DNA from: an uncultured Clostridium sp.
Lineage (GTDB): Bacteria; Bacillota; Clostridia; Lachnospirales; Lachnospiraceae
Reading direction: 5' to 3'
DNA length: 64,000 bases
Assembly: GCA_964544135.1 (NCBI GenBank)
Contig: CAZJAS010000002.1
Location: forward strand, 54,623 to 118,622
The notes beneath the pieces were generated by a model. That model saw nothing but the letters and a program-made list of their open reading frames with translations, did not search any database and was not told the origin of the DNA. Below are positions 18,829 to 28,669 of this stretch, piece by piece. The translations under genes and the position numbers were made by a program. The first letter of the stretch is position 1; each line of letters starts with the position of its first letter.

Positions 18829-18849
18829 ACGTGACATGACGTCACAACA

Positions 18850-19728
18850 TTAGTTATTATAATCTGTAGCGTTAAAAAATGCAACCGGAATTTTTATTTC
18901 TGCCTCATCCAGAACATATTTTGTTTTTTCTGTCAATCTCCATTTCGTATCCCAATAATCTTCTTTTTTGACCCAGCAGCGAATACACAGCTTAATACGG
19001 TATTCAGCCAGTTCATCTACAAAAACAAATAGTTCCTGCTCCTTTATGGTGAAGGGATCCTCCTTAAGCATATCGGTAAGTGCTTCCTTGGCTTTCTTAA
19101 TATCCGAGTCATAGGCAATGCCTACAAAAATATCCAGCCTTCTGGAGGCAGCTTCTGTAACATTGGTCATACTATTGTTAGCAAGTGCACCATTGGGCAA
19201 CACAATCACACGATTATCCGGTGTAATAAGCTTCGTATAAAAAAGCTGGATTTCAGATACCGTGCCTTCATTTCCACTACTGTCCTCTTTAATATAGTCT
19301 CCAATTTTAAATGGTTTTAAGAGTAGGATTAGCATACCGCCCGCAAAATTAGAAAGGCTCCCCTGAATTGCCAGACCGATAGCCACACCGGCTGAGCCAA
19401 GCAAAGCGATAATACTGGTTGCCGCTACTCCAAAGCTTGCCGCAATCATAAATATCAGAATCACATATAAAATCACTTTAAGAAGTGAATCCAAAAACTG
19501 AATGACTCCTATATCCGCTTTGGTACGTTTCAGAGATTTTTTAATGATACGGCGAATCAGCTTTATGACCTGAACACCTATTAAAAACAATATAATGGAC
19601 AGCACTATCCTGATTCCAAGCTGTAATGCCTTTTCAGGCAATTCTTTTAAATATGCTTCCATAACTCTCGGTTCTATTTGCGGAAGTTTGAGTCCATCCT
19701 GCATATCTGTCAGCATCACATATTTCAT
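18850..19728 (-). CDS. mechanosensitive ion channel family protein (MscS-like)
   Basis: Three TM helices plus MscS beta-domain (FKIGDYI...GTVSEIQLFYTKLITPDNRVIVLPNG). Confidence 0.8.
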   Translation of the reverse strand: MKYVMLTDMQDGLKLPQIEPRVMEAYLKELPEKALQLGIRIVLSIILFLIGVQVIKLIRRIIKKSLKRTKADIGVIQFLDSLLKVILYVILIFMIAASFGVAATSIIALLGSAGVAIGLAIQGSLSNFAGGMLILLLKPFKIGDYIKEDSSGNEGTVSEIQLFYTKLITPDNRVIVLPNGALANNSMTNVTEAASRRLDIFVGIAYDSDIKKAKEALTDMLKEDPFTIKEQELFVFVDELAEYRIKLCIRCWVKKEDYWDTKWRLTEKTKYVLDEAEIKIPVAFFNATDYNN

Positions 19729-21947
19729 GTCTTTTTATTCTCCTTTTTCACATCCGGCTTATAGGATAAAATACTCAAGGAAAGAGGTGCCAGCTTAATC
19801 TTTATGGAATAAGGCCTGTCATCCCATTCTTTTTCTGCCGTCTTTTTTATCCTGGCATTTACGATACCCGATCCGCCAAAATCCTTATGATCGGTATTCA
19901 GTATTTCCTTATACCCGCCTTTATAGGGTACTCCGATTTGCAGTTCTATTGGTATTCCCGAGAAGTTTGCGGCAACCACCAAGGTATCTTCTTTCTTTTT
20001 CCCTTTTCGCATAAAGGTTAAAAAACATTCTTTGGAAGCAATACTGTTAATCCATTCAAAGCCTTCGGGTTTGTTGTCTAATTCATACAAGGCCGGATAG
20101 GTAAGATACAGCTCATTTAGGGCCTTTACAAGCTCTGCCACTCCCTTATGCTCCGGATATTGCAGCAGTTCCCATTCCACCTGACGCTTTTCATTCCATT
20201 CATCAAATTCACCGATATCTTGTCCCATAAAAATCAGTTTTTTACCGGGGTGGGCCATCATATATCCATAAGTAAGCCGCAGCCCTGCGAATTTTTGCTC
20301 CCTCTCTCCCGGCATTTTTCCAATAAGAGAGGATTTACCATGTACCACTTCATCATGGGATAAAACCAACATGAAACGTTCGCTATAGGCATAAATCATG
20401 CTGAAAGCCAGTTCTCCATGGTGGTAGCTTCTAAAAAACGGATCAAAACGGATATATCGGAGATAGTCGTTCATCCAGCCCATATTCCATTTAAGATCAA
20501 ATCCCAGGCCTCCTTCGTTTAAATCACCTGTAATCATGGGCCAGGCCGTGCTTTCCTCCGCAATACTTAATACTCCGGGGTTTCGCTTTTTTAAAATCGA
20601 ATTTAAATGCTTAATAAATTCAATGGCCTCCAGATTTTCATTACCCCCATAGATATTTGCCACCCATTCCCCGTCATTTTTACCGTAATCTAAATAAAGC
20701 ATAGAGGCGATCGCATCCATACGGATACCATCCGCATGGAATTTTTCCACCCAGAAAAGTGCGTTGGCAATGAGATAATTTTTTACCTGAGGACGTCCGT
20801 AATTATAAATCAAGGTACCCCAGTGCGGATGTGAATTCTGTCTTTTATCAAGATGCTCATAGAGACAGGTTCCATCAAAATTAGACAGGCCATAAGTATC
20901 TCTTGGGAAATGAGCCGGTACCCAATCTAATATCACTCCTATCCCCGCTTTGTGAAGCTCATTCACAAAATACATGAAGTCCTTAGGAGAACCATATCTG
21001 GATGTAGGTGCATAGTAACCTATCACCTGATATCCCCATGATGCATCCAGAGGATGTTCCATAACAGGCATAAGCTCTACATGGGTATAGCCCATAGTAA
21101 GAACATAATCTATCACCTTAGGAGCAATCTCTCTATAGTTTGCATATTCTCCGCCTTCTGTGGGTTTTGTAAAACTGCCCAAATACAATTCATATACACT
21201 CATGGGAGCATTTGGCTTTTGACGCTGTTTTCTTTCCTTCAGCCATATTTTATCCTCCCATTTAAAATCGCGCAAATCAGCTACCACGGATGCCGTTTCC
21301 GGTCTAAGCTGTGCCGAATTACCATAGGGATCTGCTTTTAAATAGGTTAATCCACCCTTTAGCTTTATTTCGAATTTATAATTATCCCCCTCCTTTGCAC
21401 CGGGTATAAAGATTTCAAAAATACCGGTAGGGGATTTCTTCATTTGATGCACCCTTCCGTCCCATTTATTAAAATCACCAACCGTACTCACCCTTATGGC
21501 AGAAGGAGCCCATACCGCAAAATAAACACCTTCCTCCCCTTCTGATTTCATAGGGTGTGCACCCATTTTTTCATAGACGGTATAATGAATGCCATGGGCA
21601 AAGGCCAGCTCATCCTCCTCTGTTATCAGGGAAGCATGTCGATAGGCATCCTGCCTCACTTCTATATTGCCGTCGGGATAGGTAATGATATAGCGGTATG
21701 CGCCAATCTCCTTACCCTGTAATAAAACAGCAAAAAAGCCTTCCTCATCCACCCTTTCCATAACCTTCTCAGTTAAATTCTCTATCGATTGAATCGCAAC
21801 CGTTTCTGCACCGGGACAAAATGTCTGTATCAATGTATTGGCACCCGAAATATGCGGTCCCAATAGTGCATGCGGGTCTGAAGCTTCCGAGTAAATTATT
21901 TCTTCGATTGCAGGCCAGTTCATCAGCTTATATAATTTGTTGTTCAT
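19725..21947 (-). CDS. glgB: 1,4-alpha-glucan branching enzyme
   Basis: GH13 regions intact (DWVPAHF, ADGIRMDAIASMLY, IAEESTAWP, LSHDEV); about 740 aa. Confidence 0.9.
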   Translation of the reverse strand: MNNKLYKLMNWPAIEEIIYSEASDPHALLGPHISGANTLIQTFCPGAETVAIQSIENLTEKVMERVDEEGFFAVLLQGKEIGAYRYIITYPDGNIEVRQDAYRHASLITEEDELAFAHGIHYTVYEKMGAHPMKSEGEEGVYFAVWAPSAIRVSTVGDFNKWDGRVHQMKKSPTGIFEIFIPGAKEGDNYKFEIKLKGGLTYLKADPYGNSAQLRPETASVVADLRDFKWEDKIWLKERKQRQKPNAPMSVYELYLGSFTKPTEGGEYANYREIAPKVIDYVLTMGYTHVELMPVMEHPLDASWGYQVIGYYAPTSRYGSPKDFMYFVNELHKAGIGVILDWVPAHFPRDTYGLSNFDGTCLYEHLDKRQNSHPHWGTLIYNYGRPQVKNYLIANALFWVEKFHADGIRMDAIASMLYLDYGKNDGEWVANIYGGNENLEAIEFIKHLNSILKKRNPGVLSIAEESTAWPMITGDLNEGGLGFDLKWNMGWMNDYLRYIRFDPFFRSYHHGELAFSMIYAYSERFMLVLSHDEVVHGKSSLIGKMPGEREQKFAGLRLTYGYMMAHPGKKLIFMGQDIGEFDEWNEKRQVEWELLQYPEHKGVAELVKALNELYLTYPALYELDNKPEGFEWINSIASKECFLTFMRKGKKKEDTLVVAANFSGIPIELQIGVPYKGGYKEILNTDHKDFGGSGIVNARIKKTAEKEWDDRPYSIKIKLAPLSLSILSYKPDVKKENKKT

Positions 21948-21976
21948 CCTAATCCCTCCCTCTGATACATCGCTTT

Positions 21977-23215
21977 TTATGTCAAACTATGAATAAACAA
22001 TCCGCTTCTTAGCTTCGGCTCAAACCAGGTAGATTTAGGCGGCATCAAAAGCCCGGCATCCGCTACCGCAAACAGTTCTTCTATGGAAGTCGGATACATT
22101 GCAAATGCTATCTCCATATCCGTATGTACTCTTCTTTCCAATTCCTTCAGTCCTCTGATACCACCCACAAAATCTATCCGATGATCTGTCTTGGGGTCTT
22201 GAATGCCCAAAACCGGCTCCAGTACATAATCCTGTAAAAAGGATACATCCAGATTCTTAACAGGATCCATGCTTCTTAATCCTTCCTCTGCCGTGAGAAG
22301 ATACCAAGTATCCTGTAAAAACAGACCTATTTCTCCTTTATTTTCGGGTTGTACAGGTATGGGGCCTTTTTTATCTACTTTAAAAACACCTGAAATCTTT
22401 TCTAAAAACTGCTTCGCAGATAAACCGTTTAAATCCTTTACCACCCTATTATAATCCATGATTAACAATTCGCTGTCGGGAAATAAGACGGAAAGAAAAT
22501 AATTAAATTCTTCATTTCCAGTATAGTTTTTATATTTTTCTCTTCTTTTAAGCCCTACCTTCACGGCAGATGCACAACGGTGATGCCCGTCTGCAATATA
22601 GATACTCCCCATATCTTTAAAAATAGCTGCTATTTGCTCTTTTTCTTCTTTACTTTCTATTACAAAAACCCTATGCCTTATGGCATCATCCGATACAAAA
22701 TCATAGAGAGGCTCTTTTCTTTGATTCTTTTCTACAATCTGCTTTAAATCATCCCTATCCCTATATGCCAGAAAGATCGGACCTGTTTGTGCATCCAAAG
22801 TATCCACATGCCGGATTCTGTCTTCTTCCTTATCCGCTCTTGTATTCTCATGCTTTTTAATAATTCCATTACAATAATCATCAATAGAAGCACATGCCAC
22901 AATACCCGTCTGGCTTCTGCCGTTCATCACAAGCTGGTATAAATAAAAACAAGGGGTTTCCTCTTTTACAAATTCACCTTTTTCGATTTGGTCCCCAAGC
23001 ATTTGCTTTGCCTTTTTATAAACACGTTCATCATAAATATCCATTTCTTCGCTAAACTGTGTTTCCGCTCTGTCGATCCGCAAAAAGGAACGAGGCTCCT
23101 TTTCCACAACTGCCTTTGCCTCCTGTCTGTTATATACATCATACGGAAGCGCTGCTATGTTGCTCTCTAATCCCTTCGCCGGTCTGATAGCCTTAAAAGG
23201 CTTTATATCTGCCAT
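21977..23215 (-). CDS. DUF1015 family protein
   Basis: MADIKPFKAIRP...ALPYDVY N-terminus typical of DUF1015; ATG at 23215 preceded by GGAGA (track start 23248 is TTG). Confidence 0.7.
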   Translation of the reverse strand: MADIKPFKAIRPAKGLESNIAALPYDVYNRQEAKAVVEKEPRSFLRIDRAETQFSEEMDIYDERVYKKAKQMLGDQIEKGEFVKEETPCFYLYQLVMNGRSQTGIVACASIDDYCNGIIKKHENTRADKEEDRIRHVDTLDAQTGPIFLAYRDRDDLKQIVEKNQRKEPLYDFVSDDAIRHRVFVIESKEEKEQIAAIFKDMGSIYIADGHHRCASAVKVGLKRREKYKNYTGNEEFNYFLSVLFPDSELLIMDYNRVVKDLNGLSAKQFLEKISGVFKVDKKGPIPVQPENKGEIGLFLQDTWYLLTAEEGLRSMDPVKNLDVSFLQDYVLEPVLGIQDPKTDHRIDFVGGIRGLKELERRVHTDMEIAFAMYPTSIEELFAVADAGLLMPPKSTWFEPKLRSGLFIHSLT

Positions 23216-23300
23216 TTGTTTGTCTCCTTTTGTGTTTTCATTCTGCAATAAATTATGCTGTTTCCTTATTTTATCAAAAATTGCTATACATCACAAGTAA

Positions 23301-23642
23301 ATGGTGCTAAAATATCGAAGAAGGCAAAGAAACTTTTATAAAAGAAAAGGATGTGATTGTTTGACAGCAGAAGACAGAAAGATATTGGCCCGAATCAATA
23401 AATATGCCGAAGAAGTAATGGCTGATATTGATCCACAGAAGGTACAGGTTTCCTCGCAGTTAGAAAAGCTTCGTCCTATCCTACAGGAGATTGCTACAGA
23501 ACAGGGAGTCAGCCTGGAAGATTTTTTCATACGCTATATGGACTTGCAAAGCGAAGCCGCTTGTTTGGCTAATGATAAATTTCGTACCGCATTTGAAGAT
23601 GATTTAAACGGTGACGGAGGACAACCTTTCCTCTTTCGTTAA
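23301..23642 (+). CDS. small hypothetical protein (start uncertain: ATG 23301 without RBS, or TTG 23361 nine nt after AAAGGA)
   Basis: Open frame followed by a terminator; no recognisable motifs. Confidence 0.4.
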   Translation: MVLKYRRRQRNFYKRKGCDCLTAEDRKILARINKYAEEVMADIDPQKVQVSSQLEKLRPILQEIATEQGVSLEDFFIRYMDLQSEAACLANDKFRTAFEDDLNGDGGQPFLFR

Positions 23643-23664
23643 TAAATCAATATATCATCACAAG

Positions 23665-23700
23665 AAAACAGTGTATACCCATGAAGGCATACACTGTTTT
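23665..23700. terminator. bidirectional intrinsic terminator
   Basis: aaaacagtgtat-12 nt loop-atacactgtttt between convergent genes. Confidence 0.6.
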
Positions 23701-23719
23701 TCATTGCTAAAGAGATTTG

Positions 23720-26275
23720 TTAAGGAGACTTCGTTGTCAGGTAAATAACACCCATCCAATAATATCCGAATAATTTTTTATCACTATCCATGGTCTCATA
23801 TACTTCTTGACCTATTCTATTAAATATATCATCATTTAAAGCGTACTCTGTACGAAGAAGTGCCGTACCTCTCTCATTAATCTGTTCAGCCAATTTTTCA
23901 CTGATTTCATCATAATCAAAATACATTTCATTGATTCGGTAATATTCTCTATTGCCATTTGTTGCCGTATAGTTTCTTAGATAACGGTCTATCGCATAAT
24001 CCTTATCCTCACTCAAGGTGCTGCTTCCGGCTTCATCCGGCAGGTTGAGTAAAGCATTTGTTAAAAATTCATTATCATTGTTGGTGACATCTAAAATTTC
24101 CCATTCACCGTCAATCTTCACTTTATTCCATGCATGGGGGAGATTCCCCTCTAACACGCCTGTAACCACAATACATTCCAGGCCGGCCGCATCGGCTAAA
24201 AGCTTAAAGGCACCTGCATAGCCTGCACAAACGCATTTACCGTTTATCAGCGCACCATATGCAGTAAAGGAATCTTTGTATTTACTGTCTACTTCTCTAA
24301 AATCATTCTCTTCTGCATTTACAAGTGCATCCTCATCATATTCGCAATTATCACAAAGATATTGGTTAATTGCCAGTTCCTTTTCCAAATCAGTCATATC
24401 AGGCGTAATAATCTGCGATATTATTTCGATGACCTTCTCTTTGATTTCATCTTGCTTCATTACCATTTCTTGTGCCGTATCTTCATAAACCACCTTAACA
24501 GCCGTTCCTGACCGATTCACCCGATAGCCGGTAATTCCTAAAATCAGTGCATTCTGATAATAGGCTTCTAAAAGCGAATCCGACAGAAGTTCAAAATCAG
24601 CTGCCTCATCAAAAGCAGATACATCAATGATGGAAACACCCGCAAGCATGTTCTGTGCAAGATATTCCGACAGAGCACTATTGGCAGTAATCTCAAAGCT
24701 GACCTCTCTGACCTGGGTTTCTGCAATTTCATCTTCTCCGAATTCAATATCGGTGCTAAGCTTTACTTCTCCCGCCCGCTTACGAAGCATATCTTCCCGC
24801 TCTTCTATATAGCCAAGGTCTTTTTTGAAATTATCTTCATCATAATCCAGAACCAATGCATAGTCTTCAAAAGGAGTGCCTTCAATCTTATAGGGGATTT
24901 TCAGTACTTTAACATTTTCACCACTCTTATAATTGCCTTCTTCATCTATATTAATATACCGGTCTTCAATCACCATCGCATTTTCTGTGTCATAATCAAT
25001 CAGCTTCATAACAGTCATACCGTTGGCCATGGTAATATAGCTATAGCTCATCAAATCATCGATCTCATCATACCGTTCATAAGAAAAACCGTTCGCTTCC
25101 CAGGTATTATAAGCTATCATGACGGGTATATTTTCTTGTATGTCCAGAATGTCCAATGTATTACTCATCATGGAAGTACCTTCTTTAGAAATTGCAATGA
25201 CACAATAGCTATACCTATCATCCTCGTTGAATCGATATGGAGGTGATTCTTCATATTGCTCCGTCAATTGATCTGTTTTGAAATTATCATACCAGTCATC
25301 CTCTGCCACGATATAATTCATAAATCTCCAGTTGGTAGTGGTTGAGCCAAATTCAGGCGCTTCTGAAGTCCAATTATTATCTTCCACATTGGCAATCACA
25401 TAGAGACTGCCGTTAGCCCCGTATTCTTCACTGGTATTAATGCTGCAAACAAAGTATTCCTCTGCTCCCTCCACTTCTGTCCATGAAAGATGCAATCTTC
25501 CGTCATCCGTAAAGGAATGCGTCATTCTGGGGGTATCCGCAAGCTCGCCTTCTATAGTTACTACCTGAACAAGAGGTTCATCCAGTTTTTTACCTGTTTC
25601 CCAATCAATATAAGAGGCTAAATATAAGGTACCTGCATTTCCCCATGCTGTACCGGTATCAAACGGAAAGAAAAAGATATCATCATGTTGGTAACGTCTT
25701 ACGATATCCGTACTCATACCCGTAACCTGAATCAAGCCATCCGGATAAATGGAAGGGGATATGGTTAATTCATTCCTATCCTCATCATAAGACCATTTCG
25801 GACCCGCCGAATACTTCAATTCGGGATCCAAATATAAATCCGCAATTTCATACCAATACGTTATATCCAAATCATCCAAATCAAAGCCTGTTTTCAATAC
25901 AATGGATTCATCTCTGGAAAGTCCTTTAATGGCAGTACCATAAGTATAGCCATAGGGCGATGTCTCTTCCCCGTATTTGTCCATTGTCATACTTGCAAGA
26001 TAATTGCTTGTAATATAGTTTCCTTCTACAAACTCTTCCGCCTCTATCTCCGCATCTTGAGGAGCTGTTGTTTCATCGTTTTGAGATACTTCCCCATTAT
26101 CTGCATTGGCCTGCGTTGTATTGTTATTTTTGCTTGTATTTTGGCTGCGTCCCAAAGCAAGACCGCCTCCAAACATTCCGGCAAGTAATGCCATACAAAG
26201 CAATATGGGCAAAAGCGCCCCGCCCTTTTTATTATTTTTTAGTTCCATTTTAAATAGTTTGTTATCAATTCTCAT
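23720..26275 (-). CDS. large membrane-anchored transglutaminase-like (Cys protease fold) domain protein
   Basis: N-terminal TM; C-terminal core CVCAGYAGAFKLLADAAG...HAWNKVKIDGEWEILDVTN (Cys-His-Asp). Confidence 0.7.
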   Translation of the reverse strand: MRIDNKLFKMELKNNKKGGALLPILLCMALLAGMFGGGLALGRSQNTSKNNNTTQANADNGEVSQNDETTAPQDAEIEAEEFVEGNYITSNYLASMTMDKYGEETSPYGYTYGTAIKGLSRDESIVLKTGFDLDDLDITYWYEIADLYLDPELKYSAGPKWSYDEDRNELTISPSIYPDGLIQVTGMSTDIVRRYQHDDIFFFPFDTGTAWGNAGTLYLASYIDWETGKKLDEPLVQVVTIEGELADTPRMTHSFTDDGRLHLSWTEVEGAEEYFVCSINTSEEYGANGSLYVIANVEDNNWTSEAPEFGSTTTNWRFMNYIVAEDDWYDNFKTDQLTEQYEESPPYRFNEDDRYSYCVIAISKEGTSMMSNTLDILDIQENIPVMIAYNTWEANGFSYERYDEIDDLMSYSYITMANGMTVMKLIDYDTENAMVIEDRYINIDEEGNYKSGENVKVLKIPYKIEGTPFEDYALVLDYDEDNFKKDLGYIEEREDMLRKRAGEVKLSTDIEFGEDEIAETQVREVSFEITANSALSEYLAQNMLAGVSIIDVSAFDEAADFELLSDSLLEAYYQNALILGITGYRVNRSGTAVKVVYEDTAQEMVMKQDEIKEKVIEIISQIITPDMTDLEKELAINQYLCDNCEYDEDALVNAEENDFREVDSKYKDSFTAYGALINGKCVCAGYAGAFKLLADAAGLECIVVTGVLEGNLPHAWNKVKIDGEWEILDVTNNDNEFLTNALLNLPDEAGSSTLSEDKDYAIDRYLRNYTATNGNREYYRINEMYFDYDEISEKLAEQINERGTALLRTEYALNDDIFNRIGQEVYETMDSDKKLFGYYWMGVIYLTTKSP

Positions 26276-26328
26276 AGTTTTTCCTCATCGCGCTGTGGCG
26301 CATGTGCAAAATAATCCAATATCCTCTC

Positions 26329-26841
26329 TTACTGCTTAAGCATCTGTTTTATAATTTCCTTAAAGTCTTCCTTCTTGGTCATCTCTCCCTTTACCACCAC
26401 ATAGGTGTTTTCACTTTCAAAAGCAGCCATATAGGTATTGTTATCTCCAATCGCAAATATGACCTGATAATCGTTGATTGCTTCCGTCCATGAAGTATCC
26501 CGGGTAAACTCCAAAGGCAGTATGGACATATGCATTATTTCTATCTGCTCCCCCAGAAAAATTTGGCTTCCCTGATTACCCAAATATATTTTGGGACTTT
26601 CTTGCTTTGTATCCGTCCACTGCCTTGTAAGAGGAAATGCCAATAGGCAAACAAACAGCAGAGCCGCAGCAGCAATTGCATATCCGTAATAAACCTTTCT
26701 TTTCTTTTTTTGAATCAGTCTTTGTTCTTCCATAGACATTTTGTTCTTCGTTTGCAAAATCAAATTATTTGGCGCATGCAAACTGTTTATTTCTGTTTTA
26801 TACTGATCTATTAAGCTCTGCTCCCTATCATTTTCCTTCAT
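26329..26841 (-). CDS. putative anti-sigma factor (single-pass membrane protein)
   Basis: 4-nt ATGA overlap with upstream ECF sigma gene; cytoplasmic N-terminus, one TM (YGYAIAAAALLFVCLLAF), extracytoplasmic C-terminus. Confidence 0.5.
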   Translation of the reverse strand: MKENDREQSLIDQYKTEINSLHAPNNLILQTKNKMSMEEQRLIQKKKRKVYYGYAIAAAALLFVCLLAFPLTRQWTDTKQESPKIYLGNQGSQIFLGEQIEIMHMSILPLEFTRDTSWTEAINDYQVIFAIGDNNTYMAAFESENTYVVVKGEMTKKEDFKEIIKQMLKQ

Positions 26842-27356
26842 AGCAATTCTCCTCCCTTCAGCTTTATTTTTAATATCTCCCTGGCGCGATGCAGCCTGGA
26901 CTTTACCGTGGAGCTTTTCTCTCCAAGAATATTTCCAATCTGTTCCACGCTCATCTCCTCATAATAAAACAAATAAATCACATTTCGATATTTCTCAGGC
27001 AGACTGCCCACCGCAGCTCTTACCGGAGAATCCTCATTTTCTATTCTTTCATAATCTGCTGCAGTCTTTTCATCCGATGTATTTTCTTCTTCCTGTATGT
27101 TAGAAAACACTTTTCTGTTCCAAAAGCTTCCCTGCTGTTTTCTGGCACAATTAATCGTCACCCGTAAAAGCCATGCTTTTAGATGCTCTTGCGATGATAT
27201 TCTGTCCCGGTATCGTACCAAGCGGATGAATACCTCCTGAAATACATCCTGGGCATCTTCGCGGTTGCCCATTTCGTTTACCGCTAACCGATATACCATG
27301 TCAGCATATTTCTCTATAATTTCATCCGTTGTAAGTTTGAGCCTATCACAATTCAT
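26838..27356 (-). CDS. ECF-type RNA polymerase sigma-70 family factor
   Basis: Region 2 (DAQDVFQEVFIRL) and region 4 (YEEMSVEQIGNILGEKSSTVKSRLHRAR) motifs, about 170 aa. Confidence 0.8.
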   Translation of the reverse strand: MNCDRLKLTTDEIIEKYADMVYRLAVNEMGNREDAQDVFQEVFIRLVRYRDRISSQEHLKAWLLRVTINCARKQQGSFWNRKVFSNIQEEENTSDEKTAADYERIENEDSPVRAAVGSLPEKYRNVIYLFYYEEMSVEQIGNILGEKSSTVKSRLHRAREILKIKLKGGELL

Positions 27357-27428
27357 TTGTTTTCTCCCGATAATTATTTATCCGTATACTAAAGTATATC
27401 TTACCGAAAGAATTTTTCCAACCGTATT

Positions 27429-28463
27429 TTATTCTTTTACGATACCGTTTGCCAGAATTTCTTCTGCTAAGACAAACACATCCACGGTACAATCGGGAAG
27501 CGCTATTACATTTACCGAATAAGCATACGCACCGGAAGTTATAATATAGATTTCTGTTTTATCCTCATAGTCCTCCTCCATTGTTTGAAAACTGATTTTA
27601 ACTGCCCTTCCCAAGCAAGTAGTACCGTAATCACTAATCTCCATATTATAAGCGGAATCACCAAAATTTTCTTGGAAAAATTCCTTTGTTTCATCCATAT
27701 CCAGAAAATAATCGTCCAAATCTATATTATCCGAACCCATATATTCTCTGTATATGCTGATAACACAACCTGCAAAAGCAGCGTCTCCATAAGGTGCATA
27801 GGCATAATCACTGTAATCACCGTAGTTATAATCCCGTTCCCAATCCGCAGGCAGATCAAACATTAAAAATCCTGTGGTAACGGTTTGTAGATCGAGATTT
27901 GCATTCTCTAAAAAATTATCTAATCTTTTTTGTGCTTCCCGGGCATCCCATTCAATATCAAAATTGTAAAAAGCCTCTAGTTCAGCAATCACTTCTTCCG
28001 TCTTCTGCGTAGCATCTTCCAAATTGACTTCAATTTCAACTAGTACCATCTCATCATTTGACAGCTCCGTCAAAAAATAAGTACAGTACACGGGGATATA
28101 GATATCATTCCATTTGTCATAAATGCAATAATTAGCGGTTACCCTTGCTCCGTTTTCCAGTTGTTCTACTTCCGATATCGTAAAATCTTTATAAGAAGTA
28201 TTGTAAAACTCATCAAAAACGGTATCGGCATAATATTCTAAATTCTCCTTGGGCGTATAATTCTCCCTTTCATACTGGATATAAGGATTGAGTGTAACAA
28301 TAAAATCCAAACCAATATTATCGGTATAAGCAGCATTCCCGTTTATGCTTGTATAATCCGCAATGGGAATGAATACTTTAAGCTCCCCGCTTATTGTTTT
28401 TTCATCACTAAACAGATAATCATCAGGTCCGGTTACCAGAGTCTCACAGCGTAAATGTTTCAC
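27429..28463 (-). CDS. acidic D/E/Y-rich hypothetical protein, no signal peptide; GTG start, possibly 5'-truncated
   Basis: Long open frame on the coding strand of the neighbourhood; in-frame stop two codons upstream of GTG 28463. Confidence 0.45.
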   Translation of the reverse strand: MKHLRCETLVTGPDDYLFSDEKTISGELKVFIPIADYTSINGNAAYTDNIGLDFIVTLNPYIQYERENYTPKENLEYYADTVFDEFYNTSYKDFTISEVEQLENGARVTANYCIYDKWNDIYIPVYCTYFLTELSNDEMVLVEIEVNLEDATQKTEEVIAELEAFYNFDIEWDAREAQKRLDNFLENANLDLQTVTTGFLMFDLPADWERDYNYGDYSDYAYAPYGDAAFAGCVISIYREYMGSDNIDLDDYFLDMDETKEFFQENFGDSAYNMEISDYGTTCLGRAVKISFQTMEEDYEDKTEIYIITSGAYAYSVNVIALPDCTVDVFVLAEEILANGIVKE

Positions 28464-28542
28464 AATTACCTATTACTTTTTAGGCTTTCATAAGTAATAC
28501 CCCTGAGGTATGAAAAAGGTTGCATAAATTTAAAAATAATAT

Positions 28543-28588
28543 AAAAAAGGCAGAAATACCAAATTTCTAGGTATCCCTGCCTTTTTTG
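28543..28588 (-). terminator. intrinsic terminator downstream of serA
   Basis: aaggcag..atacc / ggtat..ctgcctt hairpin followed on the minus strand by a T-run. Confidence 0.55.
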
Positions 28589-28669
28589 TTCATGCTTTAT
28601 TCTTGTCTTTATTTTCTTGTTTAAAATTGTAATCTAACTATCCTGCTTTATCAATCATAACCAATCAAA

